Of a stretch of DNA of 64,000 nucleotides, positions 1 through 13,376 are shown piece by piece. Both the position numbers and the translations under genes were made by a program. The notes beneath the pieces are model-generated. The model saw only the letters and a list, made by a program, of their open reading frames with translations, did not search any database and had not been told where the DNA came from. The DNA lies in the NCBI GenBank assembly GCA_047602405.1, contig JASGHJ010000002.1:160001-224000 (forward strand), in the 5' to 3' direction. Every line of letters begins with the position of its first letter. The first letter of the stretch is position 1. This stretch comes from Anaeromyxobacteraceae bacterium. Lineage in GTDB: Bacteria; Myxococcota; Myxococcia; Myxococcales; Anaeromyxobacteraceae.

Positions 1-34
1 ATGCCGCCGAGGCAGCCCGGCGCGAGCGGGCGCG

Positions 35-1621
35 TCACTTGGTCTTCCAGTTCGCGTAGGTGACGATCGGGAAGTCCCAGCCCCCGGCCGCCGAGGCCGC
101 GAGCAGCGCCTTGCCCTTCGCGGGGGTGGCGACGAGGCCCTTCGAGAACCCGAGCGTCGGGAGCGTCTTCGGATCCCAGTTCCAGCCGACGTCGATGGAG
201 TCCACGAGGGCCGTGGCCTGCGCGAGCCCGGGGATCTTCTCGGCCGCCTTGTCGAAGCCGGGGCCCTTGCCGAGGCTCACGGTCAGCCCGGGCGCCGGGG
301 AGAGCGCGAAGTCGGAGAGCTTCGTCTTCGGGAAGAACATCGCCCCGACGCCTGCGGACGCAAGCTCGGTCGAGGAGGTCGCGCCGAGGCCGACGGACGC
401 GTACAGCCCGCCCTCGCCGTTGAGGTTGGTCACCCAGGTCAGCCCGACGTCCATGCTCGTGTGGTAGGTCGGGTGGATGAAGGTGCTGCTCACGCCGATG
501 GCGATGAAGTTCTGGGAGATGGCCTCGGTGAGGTCGAGCTCCTTGATGCGCGCCTCGACCTCCCGGGGGCCGCTGTCGCACATGAGCTTCTCGTCGAGGA
601 GCATGGCCTTCAGCTTCGACTGGGCTGCGCCGACCCGCCCCGCGAACGTCTTCGCGTCTTCCATCACCTTGCCGTCGAGGCGGCCCACGGTCTGGTCGAG
701 CAGCTTCTGGACCTCGTCGAGGTCGGTGACGAGGTCGGTGAGGTCGTCCATCCTCGCCTCGACCGGCTTCTTGACCGCGTCGATGTAGGGGGTGACGAGC
801 TTCTGGAGGTCGTCGTAGCCCTTGTCGCCCTTCGCGAGCGCGCCCACGAGCTGACGGCAGAAGACCTTCGTGTCCGCGGCGAAGATGTCGAGCACCCGGT
901 CGGTGCAGGCGCGGGGCCCGTCCACCGGGTTCACGGTGCGGAACTGGCCCTTCGGGCAGCTCCAGCACTCGCCGCCGTTGCGCGGGTCCCAGAACTCGTT
1001 CGCCTCGCAGCCGTACTTCGAGACGCGGGTCGCCGGCTTCAGCGCCTCCGCCGCCGGCTTCGCGCACGCCTTCCCATCGGTCACCGCGTGGGCCGTGCGC
1101 GTGAAGCCCTTCGGGCAGGTCCAGCACTGCCCGCCCTTGCGCGGGTCGTAGAAGGACCGCCCGCCGCAGCCCTTGAACTCGTGCTCGAACTTCGCGGGGC
1201 CGAGCTTCTCCCCGATGAGCTCCTTCGTCGCGCACGCCCTGTCGCTCGTGACCTTGTAGGCGGTGCGCCGCGGCTTCGACCTCGGGCAGCTCCAGCACTC
1301 GCCGCCCTTGCGCGGGTCGAAGAACTCGCCGGCGTCCTCGTCGCAGCCCCAGGAGTGCTTGAAGTCGGCCTCCTTGAAGGTCTCGCCGCCTGCCTTCGAG
1401 CACGCGTCGTCCTCGGTCACGCCGTAGGCGGTCCGCGCGAAGCCGTCCGGGCACTTCCAGCACTCCGAGCCGGCCGAGAGGTCGTCGAGGCGCAGGTCGA
1501 GGAAGCTGCCCTTCGGACAGTCCTTGGGCTTCTCGCCCTGCCTCGCCTTCGAGAAGTCGGCGCGGGCGGGCGGCGCGAGGAGCGTGGTGGCCGCCAGGGC
1601 GGCGAGGAGGGAGAGGCGCAT
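35..1621 (-). CDS. Secreted cysteine-rich repeat protein, function unknown
   Basis: Start moved to ATG 1621 (MRLSLLAALAATTLLAPPARA, signal peptide with AxA site). Four repeats of C..F.DP..GGECWxCP...RT...V....AC, then a helical region and a Gly-rich beta-type C-terminus. Confidence 0.75.
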   Translation of the reverse strand: MRLSLLAALAATTLLAPPARADFSKARQGEKPKDCPKGSFLDLRLDDLSAGSECWKCPDGFARTAYGVTEDDACSKAGGETFKEADFKHSWGCDEDAGEFFDPRKGGECWSCPRSKPRRTAYKVTSDRACATKELIGEKLGPAKFEHEFKGCGGRSFYDPRKGGQCWTCPKGFTRTAHAVTDGKACAKPAAEALKPATRVSKYGCEANEFWDPRNGGECWSCPKGQFRTVNPVDGPRACTDRVLDIFAADTKVFCRQLVGALAKGDKGYDDLQKLVTPYIDAVKKPVEARMDDLTDLVTDLDEVQKLLDQTVGRLDGKVMEDAKTFAGRVGAAQSKLKAMLLDEKLMCDSGPREVEARIKELDLTEAISQNFIAIGVSSTFIHPTYHTSMDVGLTWVTNLNGEGGLYASVGLGATSSTELASAGVGAMFFPKTKLSDFALSPAPGLTVSLGKGPGFDKAAEKIPGLAQATALVDSIDVGWNWDPKTLPTLGFSKGLVATPAKGKALLAASAAGGWDFPIVTYANWKTK

Positions 1622-1741
1622 TTTACGGACCGTCGCAGAGCGGCGAAGCTCCACACAAGTCCGGGCGCGTCGGGGAGGCAATCCCTCGCGGGGCGTCATC
1701 CACTTTTGGTGAATGAGCGTCCCCGCCCCGGGGGACGCGGG

Positions 1742-4649
1742 CTACTTCCGCCCCTCGAACTGCACCTGCAGGATCCGCGCGGCGCGCAGCAGGCCGTCGT
1801 CGGGGTCCGCCTTCTGGAGGGTCCCCAGGAGCCGGCCGAGCTCCTCGCCCGCTTCGACGCGCCGGCCGGCGCCGACCAGGGCCGTCGCGAGCTGGAGCCG
1901 GCTGCGGGGCAGCGCCCAGGGCCGGATGCCGCCGTGCTCGTAGAGCGCCTGCGCGGCGTGGAGCGCGTCCATCGCGGCCTTGTGGTCGCCGGCGTCCTCC
2001 AGCGCGAAGCCGAGGAGGTACGGCGCCGCCTCGACCGGCACGCCGAGGTCCTTCCGGCGTTCCTTCACGAGATCGCGCAGCGCCGAGGCGCCCGCGGCCG
2101 CGTCGCCGCCGCGCCACACCGCCACGGCGGCGTGGAGCCTCGCCGGGGCCGAGCCCGCGGGGAGTCGCGCCGCCAGCGGGGCCGCGCCGGCGAGGTCGCC
2201 GGCCTGGGCGAGGAGGACGGCGTACGCGGCGGCGCGGGCCGGCGCGAGCGGCTCGAGCGCGGCGAGCTCCCTGCGGAGCAGGACCTCGTCGCGCTTGCCT
2301 GCGAGGAGCTCCACCCGGCGGGCGTGGACCCACGCGTCGGCGGCCCCGGCCTCGACGAGCGCCGCGTCGAGCTCCTTCTGCGCCTCCCTCCAGCGCCCCT
2401 GCTCGACGAGCGTCTCGGCGAGGAGGACGCGCCGCGAGGGGCGGCGGGCGGGCGGCGCGGCGGCGAGCTCGTCGCGCGCGGCGCGTTCGGCGGCCTCGGA
2501 GATCGCCGGAGGACGCGAGCGCGTGGACGAGGTCGTCGGCCGCGAGCGGAGAGCCGGCCTTCCTGCCGGTGTCGGCCGCGGCGGCGGCGGCGCGGGCGTC
2601 GCCGAGCCAGCCGCGCGTGAGGGAGAGGACGTGCAGGGCGCCCGGTGTGCGCCCGCCGGCCGCGAGCGCGCCGGCGAGCGACTCGAGGCGGCGCCGGTCG
2701 GCGAGGTGGCCGAGCACGCGGGCGAGGCGCGCCTGCACCCACGGATCGGCCGGCGACGCACGCTGGGCGCGCTCGAGCAGGGTGGCCGCGTCCTCGAGGC
2801 GGCCGCGCTGCCAGGCGAGGTCCGCGGCGAGGAGCGGCGCGTCGCGGTCGCCGAGGTCGCCCTCCATGAGCCGCTCGTACGCGGCGGTCGCGGCGCGGTC
2901 GTCGCCCGCGAGCGCCGAGCGCCACGCGGCGGCGAGCGCGGCGGCGCGCTCGGGCAGGCGCGCGCCGGCGGCCGTCACCGGCGCGAGCGCGGCCCGCTGC
3001 CCCTCCACGTCGGCGCCGGCCTCGAGGGAGAGCAGGGCGAGCGCGAGCTGCGCCGCGCCGAAGCCCGGGTCCTTCGCCACCGCCTCCCGGAAGGGCCCGT
3101 CGCAGGGCCGCTCCGGCGCGCGGGGTGCGGCGAGGCACGCGGTGCCGGCCTGGTACCAGCGCCAGGCCTCGAGGTCGGGCGTGTAGCTCGCGGCGAGGCG
3201 CGCCGGCCGGCCGTCCACCTCGGCGGGCGGCTCGCCGAGCGCGAGGCGCGCCCGGCGCGCGAGGCGGTCGATCATCTCGACCGCGTCGGAGAGGTCGGCG
3301 CAGCGCTCGGCGACCGTGAAGGCGCGGTCGCCGGTGCGCGGGTTCAGGGCGGTGAGCTCGCCGACGTAGCCCGCCGAGAGCCGGCGGAGCGTGAGCTCGA
3401 GCGCCCAGCGCGCCTTGAGGTCGTCCCAGGCCGGCTTGACCGCGGCGACGTCGAGCCGCCCGGTGCCGCCCGCCCGCGCCGCGCCCGCGAGGTCGCCCTT
3501 CGGCATCGCGCGCACGCGCCCCGAGGGCTCGAGCGCCCGCGCGAGGAGCTCCGCAACGCCGGCGAAGGCCTCGGTGCGGGTGGTGTCGACCTCGTCGAGC
3601 ACGATCACCGGCAGCGTCGCCTCGCCGCCGCGCCCGCGGACCCAGAGCCCGCCGGCCACGATGGCGGCCACAGCCGCCACCGCCGCGGCGACGGCCACCG
3701 CGCGCCGCGCCGGGCGCGGGAGGCGCCCGCCGCGTTCGTACGCCGCGAGGGCGTGGGCGACCTCGGCGCCGTCCCGGAACCGGCGCCGCGGGTCGCGGTG
3801 CAGGCACCTGCTGATGACGTCGGCGAGCTCCCAGTGCACGCCGACCGGGCGCGGGGTCGCGCCGCGCTCGAGCGCGTCGGTGTGGCTGCCGGCCACGGCG
3901 TACGGGATGTTGCCCGTCAGCGCCTGGAACATGATGACGCCGAGCGCGAAGACGTCGGAGCGCGCGTCGCCCGGCTCGCCGCGCCACTGCTCGGGCGCGA
4001 GGAAGGGCGGGGCGCCGCCGGCGGAGAGGTTCCTGCCGCTCGGGCGCGAGAGCCCGAGGCCGGTCACCTTCACGCGGCCGTCGGGGAGGAGGAGCACGTT
4101 GCCCGGCTCGAGGTCGCGGTGCGCGATGCCGGAGGCGTGCGCGGCCTCGAGCGCGGCGGCGATCTGCCGGGAGAAGGCCAGCACCTCCGCCTCGGGCAGC
4201 GGGCGCTCGCGCAGCCGCTCCTGCAGCGTGCGGCCGTCGAGCCAGTCGGAGACGACGAACGGCCCGCCCGCCCAGGTGCCCGCGTCGAAGTAGCCGACGA
4301 CGTTCGGGTGCTCGACGCGGGCGCCGGCGTCGGCCTCGGCGCGCAGCGCCTCCTCCGACACGAGCGCGCGCAGGCGCGGCCCGGGGCGGAAGAGCTTCAG
4401 CGCGACCATGCGGCCGCTCGCGCGCTCGCGCGCGAGGTGCACGTCGGCGAGGCCGCCCCGGCCGGCCACCCGCACGACCTCGTACGGACCGACGAACGCG
4501 CCGGGTGTCAGCGCGACCGACCACGCGGGCTCGGTCGCGCCGGCCGGGAGCTTTGCGACGTCCTCGAGCAGCTCCGCGAGCCGGCCGGGCGCGATGAGGT
4601 GCTCGTCGGGCGCCGGGTCGGGCGCCGGGCTGTGGGGGAGGGGTTCGAT
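1742..4649 (-). CDS. Ser/Thr kinase-like (probable pseudokinase) with TM helix and TPR-like C-terminus; one apparent frameshift near 2499
   Basis: GRGGLADV, VALK, HPNVV, HRDLEPGN, APEQ and SDVFALG motifs. TM AVAVAAAVAAVAAIVAGGLWV. ORF 1623..4475 switches into ORF 1742..2761 beside GATC 2501. Frame is open upstream of GTG 4475; start uncertain. Confidence 0.75.
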
Positions 4650-4790
4650 GGCAGGAGAGTACGCGACGGCCGCTCGCCCGCACAGTGAGCCCGGTCACCC
4701 CCGGGCGAGCGACCACCCGTCCGGGGAGCGTCCAGCGCTGCGAGCGCGGGTGGGGCGGTGCGTAGCTTTCGGTGCAGGGAGGAGAGTCGG

Positions 4791-4943
4791 ATGCTCTGGA
4801 CGATCACGATCCTGCTCGTCGTGCTGTGGGCCATCGGGATGGTGTCGGGTGCGACGCTCGGGTGGTGGGTTCACATCCTGCTCGTGCTGGCGCTCGTCTC
4901 GCTCATCTTCGCGGTGATGCGGCGGGGCACGGCGGCGGTATGA
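4791..4943 (+). CDS. Small membrane protein, lmo0937/DUF5670-like
   Basis: MLWTITILLVVLWAIGMVSGATLGWWVHILLVLALV pattern; GGAGGAG RBS upstream. Confidence 0.85.
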   Translation: MLWTITILLVVLWAIGMVSGATLGWWVHILLVLALVSLIFAVMRRGTAAV

Positions 4944-5011
4944 GGGGGGCGGGGCCGGCCGCGTGGCCGGGCCGGTCCCGCCAGATTCCTCAGGCGTCAT
5001 GGCAGGTTGAG

Positions 5012-5044
5012 TCGTCAACCTGTACCCGGGTCACCGGTTGACGA
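5012..5044. promoter_or_regulatory. BirA (biotin repressor) operator overlapping the bioB promoter
   Basis: Perfect TCGTCAACC-N15-GGTTGACGA inverted repeat resembling the BirA box. Right arm contains -35-like TTGACG (5038-5043); -10-like TAGGGT at 5062-5067. Confidence 0.8.
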
Positions 5045-5075
5045 GCGCGGGGTCGGGCCGGTAGGGTGCCGGCCC

Positions 5076-6167
5076 ATGCACGAAACCGCCCGCGCCGCCC
5101 CGGTCCTGCCCGAGGGCATCGAGCCCATCACCGTGGAGGAGGCGCTGCGCCTCATCCGCCACACCGAGGGGCCGGCGCTCGAGGCGCTCCTCGACCGCGC
5201 CGACGAGGTCCGGCGCGCGGTGCACGGCGACGGCGTCTCCCTGTGCGGCATCACGAACGCGAAGTCGGGCCGCTGCGCGGAGAACTGCGGCTTCTGCGCC
5301 CAGTCGGCGCACTTCCCGGAGGCGGAGTCCCCGGTCTACCCGCTCATCCCGGCGGAGGACATCGTCGCCCAGGCGAAGGCCGCCGAGCGGGCGGGCGCCC
5401 GCGAGTTCTCGATCGTCACCTCCGGCACCCGCCTCGCGAAGGAGTCCGAGCTCGCGACGCTCGAGGACGCCGTGCGGCGGCTGCGCAGCGAGACCGGCAT
5501 CGAGCCGTGCGCCTCGCTCGGTCTCATGCGGGAGCCCGAGCTCGCGCGCCTGAAGGCGGCCGGCCTCATCCACTTCCACCACAACCTCGAGACGGCGCGC
5601 AGCCACTTCGGAGAGGTCTGCACCTCGCACACCTACGACGAGCAGCTCGAGACCATCCGCGCCGCGAAGAGGCTCGGCCTCGAGCTCTGCACCGGCGGGA
5701 TCCTCGGCATGGGCGAGACGCCGGAGCAGCGGGTCGAGCTCGCCGAGACGCTGCGCGACCTCGAGGTCGAGCACATCCCGCTCAACTTCCTGAACCCGCG
5801 CCCCGGCACGCCGATGGAGGGGGTGAAGGCGATCACGCCCGGTGAGTGCCTCGCCGCGATCGCGGTGTTCCGGCTGATGATGCCGGCGGTCCACATCTTC
5901 GTGATGGGCGGGCGCGAGGTGAACCTCGGCGACCGGCAGGTGGACATCTTCCGCGCCGGGGCCGACGGGACGATGGTCGGCAACTACCTCACGAGCGCGG
6001 GGCGCGCGCCCGACGCCACGGTCGGCATGGTCGAGGCGCAGGGGCTCCGGCTGCGCCCGCCGTCCACCGGCAAGCCCTGGGCGTTCGAGCACCGCCCGCC
6101 CGCGGAGGCCGACTGGAACGTCGCCGCCGCCGGGCCCGACCGGCGCTCGCTGCCGGTCGTGCGGTGA
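5076..6167 (+). CDS. bioB: Biotin synthase
   Basis: Radical SAM motif [30 protein letters not shown]; start set at ATG 5076. Confidence 0.95.
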   Translation: MHETARAAPVLPEGIEPITVEEALRLIRHTEGPALEALLDRADEVRRAVHGDGVSLCGITNAKSGRCAENCGFCAQSAHFPEAESPVYPLIPAEDIVAQAKAAERAGAREFSIVTSGTRLAKESELATLEDAVRRLRSETGIEPCASLGLMREPELARLKAAGLIHFHHNLETARSHFGEVCTSHTYDEQLETIRAAKRLGLELCTGGILGMGETPEQRVELAETLRDLEVEHIPLNFLNPRPGTPMEGVKAITPGECLAAIAVFRLMMPAVHIFVMGGREVNLGDRQVDIFRAGADGTMVGNYLTSAGRAPDATVGMVEAQGLRLRPPSTGKPWAFEHRPPAEADWNVAAAGPDRRSLPVVR

Positions 6168-7361
6168 GCGCCGGGACCCCGCCCGGCCCGCCGCGCCTCG
6201 GCTGGCTCGACGCCGCGCTCGAGGAGCTCGAGGAGGCGGGGCTTCGCCGCACGCTCGAGCCGCTCGGCTCGCCGCAGGGGCCGGTGGTGGAGGTCGGCGG
6301 CCGGCGCCTCGTCAACCTCTGCTCGAACGACTACCTCGGCCTCGCCGCCGACCCGCGCCTGCGCCGGGCGGCCGCCGACGCGGCCCTCGCCGAGGGCGCG
6401 GGGAGCGGCGCCTCCCGCCTCGTGGCGGGGGACCTCGCCATCCACGGCCGCCTCGAGCGGGCGCTCGCCGCCCTCGAGGGCACCGAGGCGGCGCTCTTGT
6501 TCAACTCCGGCTACCACGCGAACGCCGGCGTCCCGCCCGCGCTCGTCGGCCGCGACGACGCGATCTTCTCCGACCAGCTCAACCACGCCTCGATCATCGA
6601 CGGTGCGCTGCTCTCCCGCGCCGACCTCGTCCGCTACCGGCACGCCGACGCCGAGGACCTCGCGGGGCGGCTCGCCCGCTCGACCGCCAGGCGGAAGCTC
6701 GTCGTCACCGACGCGGTCTTCTCGATGGACGGCGACGCCGCCCCGCTCGCCGCGATCGCGGAGGCGTGCGCGCGGCACGGGGCGATGCTCTACGTCGACG
6801 AGGCGCACGCCACCGGGGTGCTCGGCCCCACCGGGGCGGGGCTCGCCGAGGCGCTCGGCGTCGCGGACCGGGTGGACGTGCGGATGGGCACGCTCGGGAA
6901 GGCGCTCGGCGCCTTCGGGGCGTACGTCGGCGGCGAGCGCCGGCTCGTCGACTGGCTCGTGAGCCGCGCGCGGTCGTTCGTGTTCACGACCGCGCTGCCG
7001 CCGGCGGCGTGCGGGGCAGCGCTCGAGGCGCTGCGCCTCGTGCGCGAGGAGCCGGCGCGACGGGAGCGGGTGAACGCGCTCGCGGCGCGCGCGAAGGCGG
7101 GGCTCGCCCGGCTCGGCTTCCCGTGCGAGGGCGTGGTGGCGCCGAATCCTGCCCGTGGTGCTCGGGTCCGAGGCGCGCGCGGTGGCGGCGTCGCGGGCGC
7201 TGCGCGAGCGGGGCTTCTTCGTGCGGGCGATCCGCCCGCCCACCGTGCCGCGCGGCACGAGCCGCCTGCGCGTCACGCTCACCGCCGCGCACGACGAGGG
7301 GCAGGTGGATGCGTTCCTCGGCGCGCTCGCCGAGGTGCTGCCGCTCCTGCCCCCCGCGTAG
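6164..7361 (+). CDS. bioF: 8-amino-7-oxononanoate synthase; apparent +1 frameshift at 7144-7148
   Basis: [44 protein letters not shown]-terminus [16 protein letters not shown] lies in ORF 7155..7361; removing one A from GAATC restores APILPVV. GTGA overlap with bioB. Confidence 0.92.
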
Positions 7362-7379
7362 AATCCCGCCGGGTGTTCC

Positions 7380-7637
7380 TCAGTTGGCGCGTTCGGCGCC
7401 GTGGCGGAGCTGCGCGAGCGTCTGGGGCCGGGACTCCCGGGCCGAGAGCTGCTGCGCCCACGCCGCGCGCCGCGCCTCGACCTTGTAGAGCCAGTCCTCG
7501 CTCGTGGAGCTGGGCACGGCGTCCGTGACGAACGCCAGCACGAGGAAGATCCAGACCAGGACCGTGACCGCCCCCGCGAGCCCCCACGGCCTCGGGACGT
7601 TCTCGAACATCTGGCCAGCGATCTTCGCGCTCCTCAT
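7380..7637 (-). CDS. Small single-TM hypothetical protein
   Basis: GAGGAGAAGG RBS before ATG 7637; hydrophobic segment [19 protein letters not shown]. Confidence 0.6.
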   Translation of the reverse strand: MRSAKIAGQMFENVPRPWGLAGAVTVLVWIFLVLAFVTDAVPSSTSEDWLYKVEARRAAWAQQLSARESRPQTLAQLRHGAERAN

Positions 7638-7936
7638 GACCTTCTCCTCTTTCGGGCTCCGAACCTCGAACCTCACCGCCCATTCTACAGGAGCAGGTCC
7701 AGCATATTTCGTGACGCGTTGACTCAGCGTGCAGACCCGACATGTCCGTTTCGGGTGTACGCCTCGTTGGGGCTACCCGCGCTCCCCGTGAGGGCGTGGT
7801 CACGCGGGCTGCCGGGCGTCCCCCCGCTCGCCCGCCTGCCTGTGGGGGCCGGTCCCACGCGGGTCAACCCACCCGAAGGGCCGGGTCGCGCGGCTGGCGC
7901 GGCGTCGAGCGGCGGCCCGGGGCAGGCGCGCCGGCC

Positions 7937-8515
7937 CTACTCCAGCAGCCCCTCGGCGCGCGCCATCTCGGTCAGCTTCGACTTCAGCCGCTCGAAGCGC
8001 TTGCGGAGCGCGACCTCGTCGACCGGCTCGCCGTCCTCCGCGAGCACGATCGCGACCTCGCGCCAGGCGAGGTTCCGGTCGAGCCGGAGCACGAGCAGCG
8101 TCTGCTCCTCGGGCGTGAGCTGGGCGCGCAGCCGGTCGATGCCCTGCTGGCGCGCCTCGCCGCGGCCGAGCAGCACGCTCGAGCGGACCTCGTCGGCGAT
8201 GCGGGAGAGCTCGGTGGTCTCGAGCCGGCGGCCGCGCTGCCGGTAGGGATCGCGCAGGTGCCGCGCCGCCGCGTGCCACGCGACGCGGTAGGCCCACACG
8301 CGCACGGGGCACTCGCCGCGGAAGCCGGGCAGGCCGCGCCAGAGGTCCTCGGTGAACTGGGAGAACACGTCGGCGGCGTCGGCGTCGTTGCGCAGCACCG
8401 AGGCGAGGTAGCCGAGGATGCTCGGCCCGTGGTCGCGCACGATCGCCTCGGCGGCGCCGCGGAGGTCGCCTCCGGCGATGAGCTCGTTCGCGCGATCCTC
8501 GATCGGGTTCGACAA
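7937..8515 (-). CDS. ECF-type RNA polymerase sigma factor
   Basis: Region 2 (DAADVFSQFTEDLWRGLPGFRG..VRVWAYRVA) and region 4 (LTPEEQTLLVLRLDRNLAWREVA); TTG start with GGAGG. Confidence 0.88.
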   Translation of the reverse strand: MSNPIEDRANELIAGGDLRGAAEAIVRDHGPSILGYLASVLRNDADAADVFSQFTEDLWRGLPGFRGECPVRVWAYRVAWHAAARHLRDPYRQRGRRLETTELSRIADEVRSSVLLGRGEARQQGIDRLRAQLTPEEQTLLVLRLDRNLAWREVAIVLAEDGEPVDEVALRKRFERLKSKLTEMARAEGLLE

Positions 8516-8685
8516 GGGGTCCCCTCCGGCGCCTGCGCGGCGGCCGGATCATGGCCGAAGGGCGGAGGGCCCGCAACGTGGGAGGCCGTGAGCTACGCCC
8601 CTGCGAAGCGCAGCGGAGCAGATCCGGGGAGGGGCCCCGGCGGAGCTTTGCTCCGCCAGGGGAGGGGGCTATGCCCCCTCCAGAA

Positions 8686-9213
8686 TCACAGCTGGGTCAG
8701 CCGCCGGGCGAGCTCGACGCGGTTCCGCACGCCGAGCTTGTCGAAGATGGTCTTCAGGTGGCTCTTGACCGTCTGGGACGCGATGCCGAGCCGCTCGGCG
8801 ACCTCGCGGGACCGCAGGCCGTCGGCGACGAGCAGGGCGACCTCGCGCTCGCGCTGGGTCAGGCCATCGGAGGGGGCGGAGGCGACCGGCTCGGGACCCA
8901 TCGTCATCGCCTCGGGCAGGGGCTCGCGCCAGAGGTGGAGCTGGGTGCGACCCTTGCCTACCGCGGTGACCTCGATGCGCAGCCGCTCGCCGTGCCCCTC
9001 CATGACGAGCGTGCGGCGGATCCCCGGTACGCCGTTCTGGGCAGCCTCGGAGAGGCCACGGAGCTCAGCCGGCACCATGCCGCCGTCGACGGCGTCGCCG
9101 AAGAAGACCTTCAGCATCTCCTCGGCCTGGCGGTCGCAGCGAAGAAGCCCGGACGCATCGGCGTGTGCAGCGGCGCCGCGCGGAGCGGGCACGCGAACGT
9201 TCGCGCGCATCAT
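8686..9213 (-). CDS. LuxR-family HTH regulator with an unrecognised N-terminal domain
   Basis: C-terminal LTQREREVALLVADGLRSREVAERLGIASQTVKSHLKTIFDKLGVRNR; start uncertain. Confidence 0.85.
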   Translation of the reverse strand: MMRANVRVPAPRGAAAHADASGLLRCDRQAEEMLKVFFGDAVDGGMVPAELRGLSEAAQNGVPGIRRTLVMEGHGERLRIEVTAVGKGRTQLHLWREPLPEAMTMGPEPVASAPSDGLTQREREVALLVADGLRSREVAERLGIASQTVKSHLKTIFDKLGVRNRVELARRLTQL

Positions 9214-9517
9214 GACCAGAACACCCCCCTCAAGTGTGTGCCGGTGTAGCTGTCCGTATACTAACCGGGTTACGGGCGCCTGGTCACCCGCTACGGGGGA
9301 CCCCAAGTACCTTTTTCGGGTTGGGAGCGGCAGGTGCTGGCCCGCGACAATCGGCCCAATCGGAGGGTCCCCGAGGGCCCCTCGGGCATCCGGGAGAAGC
9401 GCAGGCGCAGGCAGGGGTCGCGCGGCCGACGCGCGACGCCCGGTGGGTGCCGAGCCGTACCAAACGGAACACTTTGGCGCCTGACCCTGCGGCCCGCCCG
9501 GCCGACGGCGCGGCGCG

Positions 9518-13174
<3,657 letters not shown>

Positions 13175-13376
13175 CGGAGCACCCTGTCTAGCAGGCGCCC
13201 CTGACGCCTGCCATCGGGCGCCATCACCCGAAAACGCCCGTTTTCACCGGGATCTCCGCCGGGGCGCGGGCGGGGCACCTTCGGGGGGGACGGGCGCCCG
13301 GTCGAGCGAACCCCGGGGAGGAAAAAAGGTCGGGAGCTTGACCTTGCAGGGGGTTCCCCTCTATCCGTGCCGGGCA

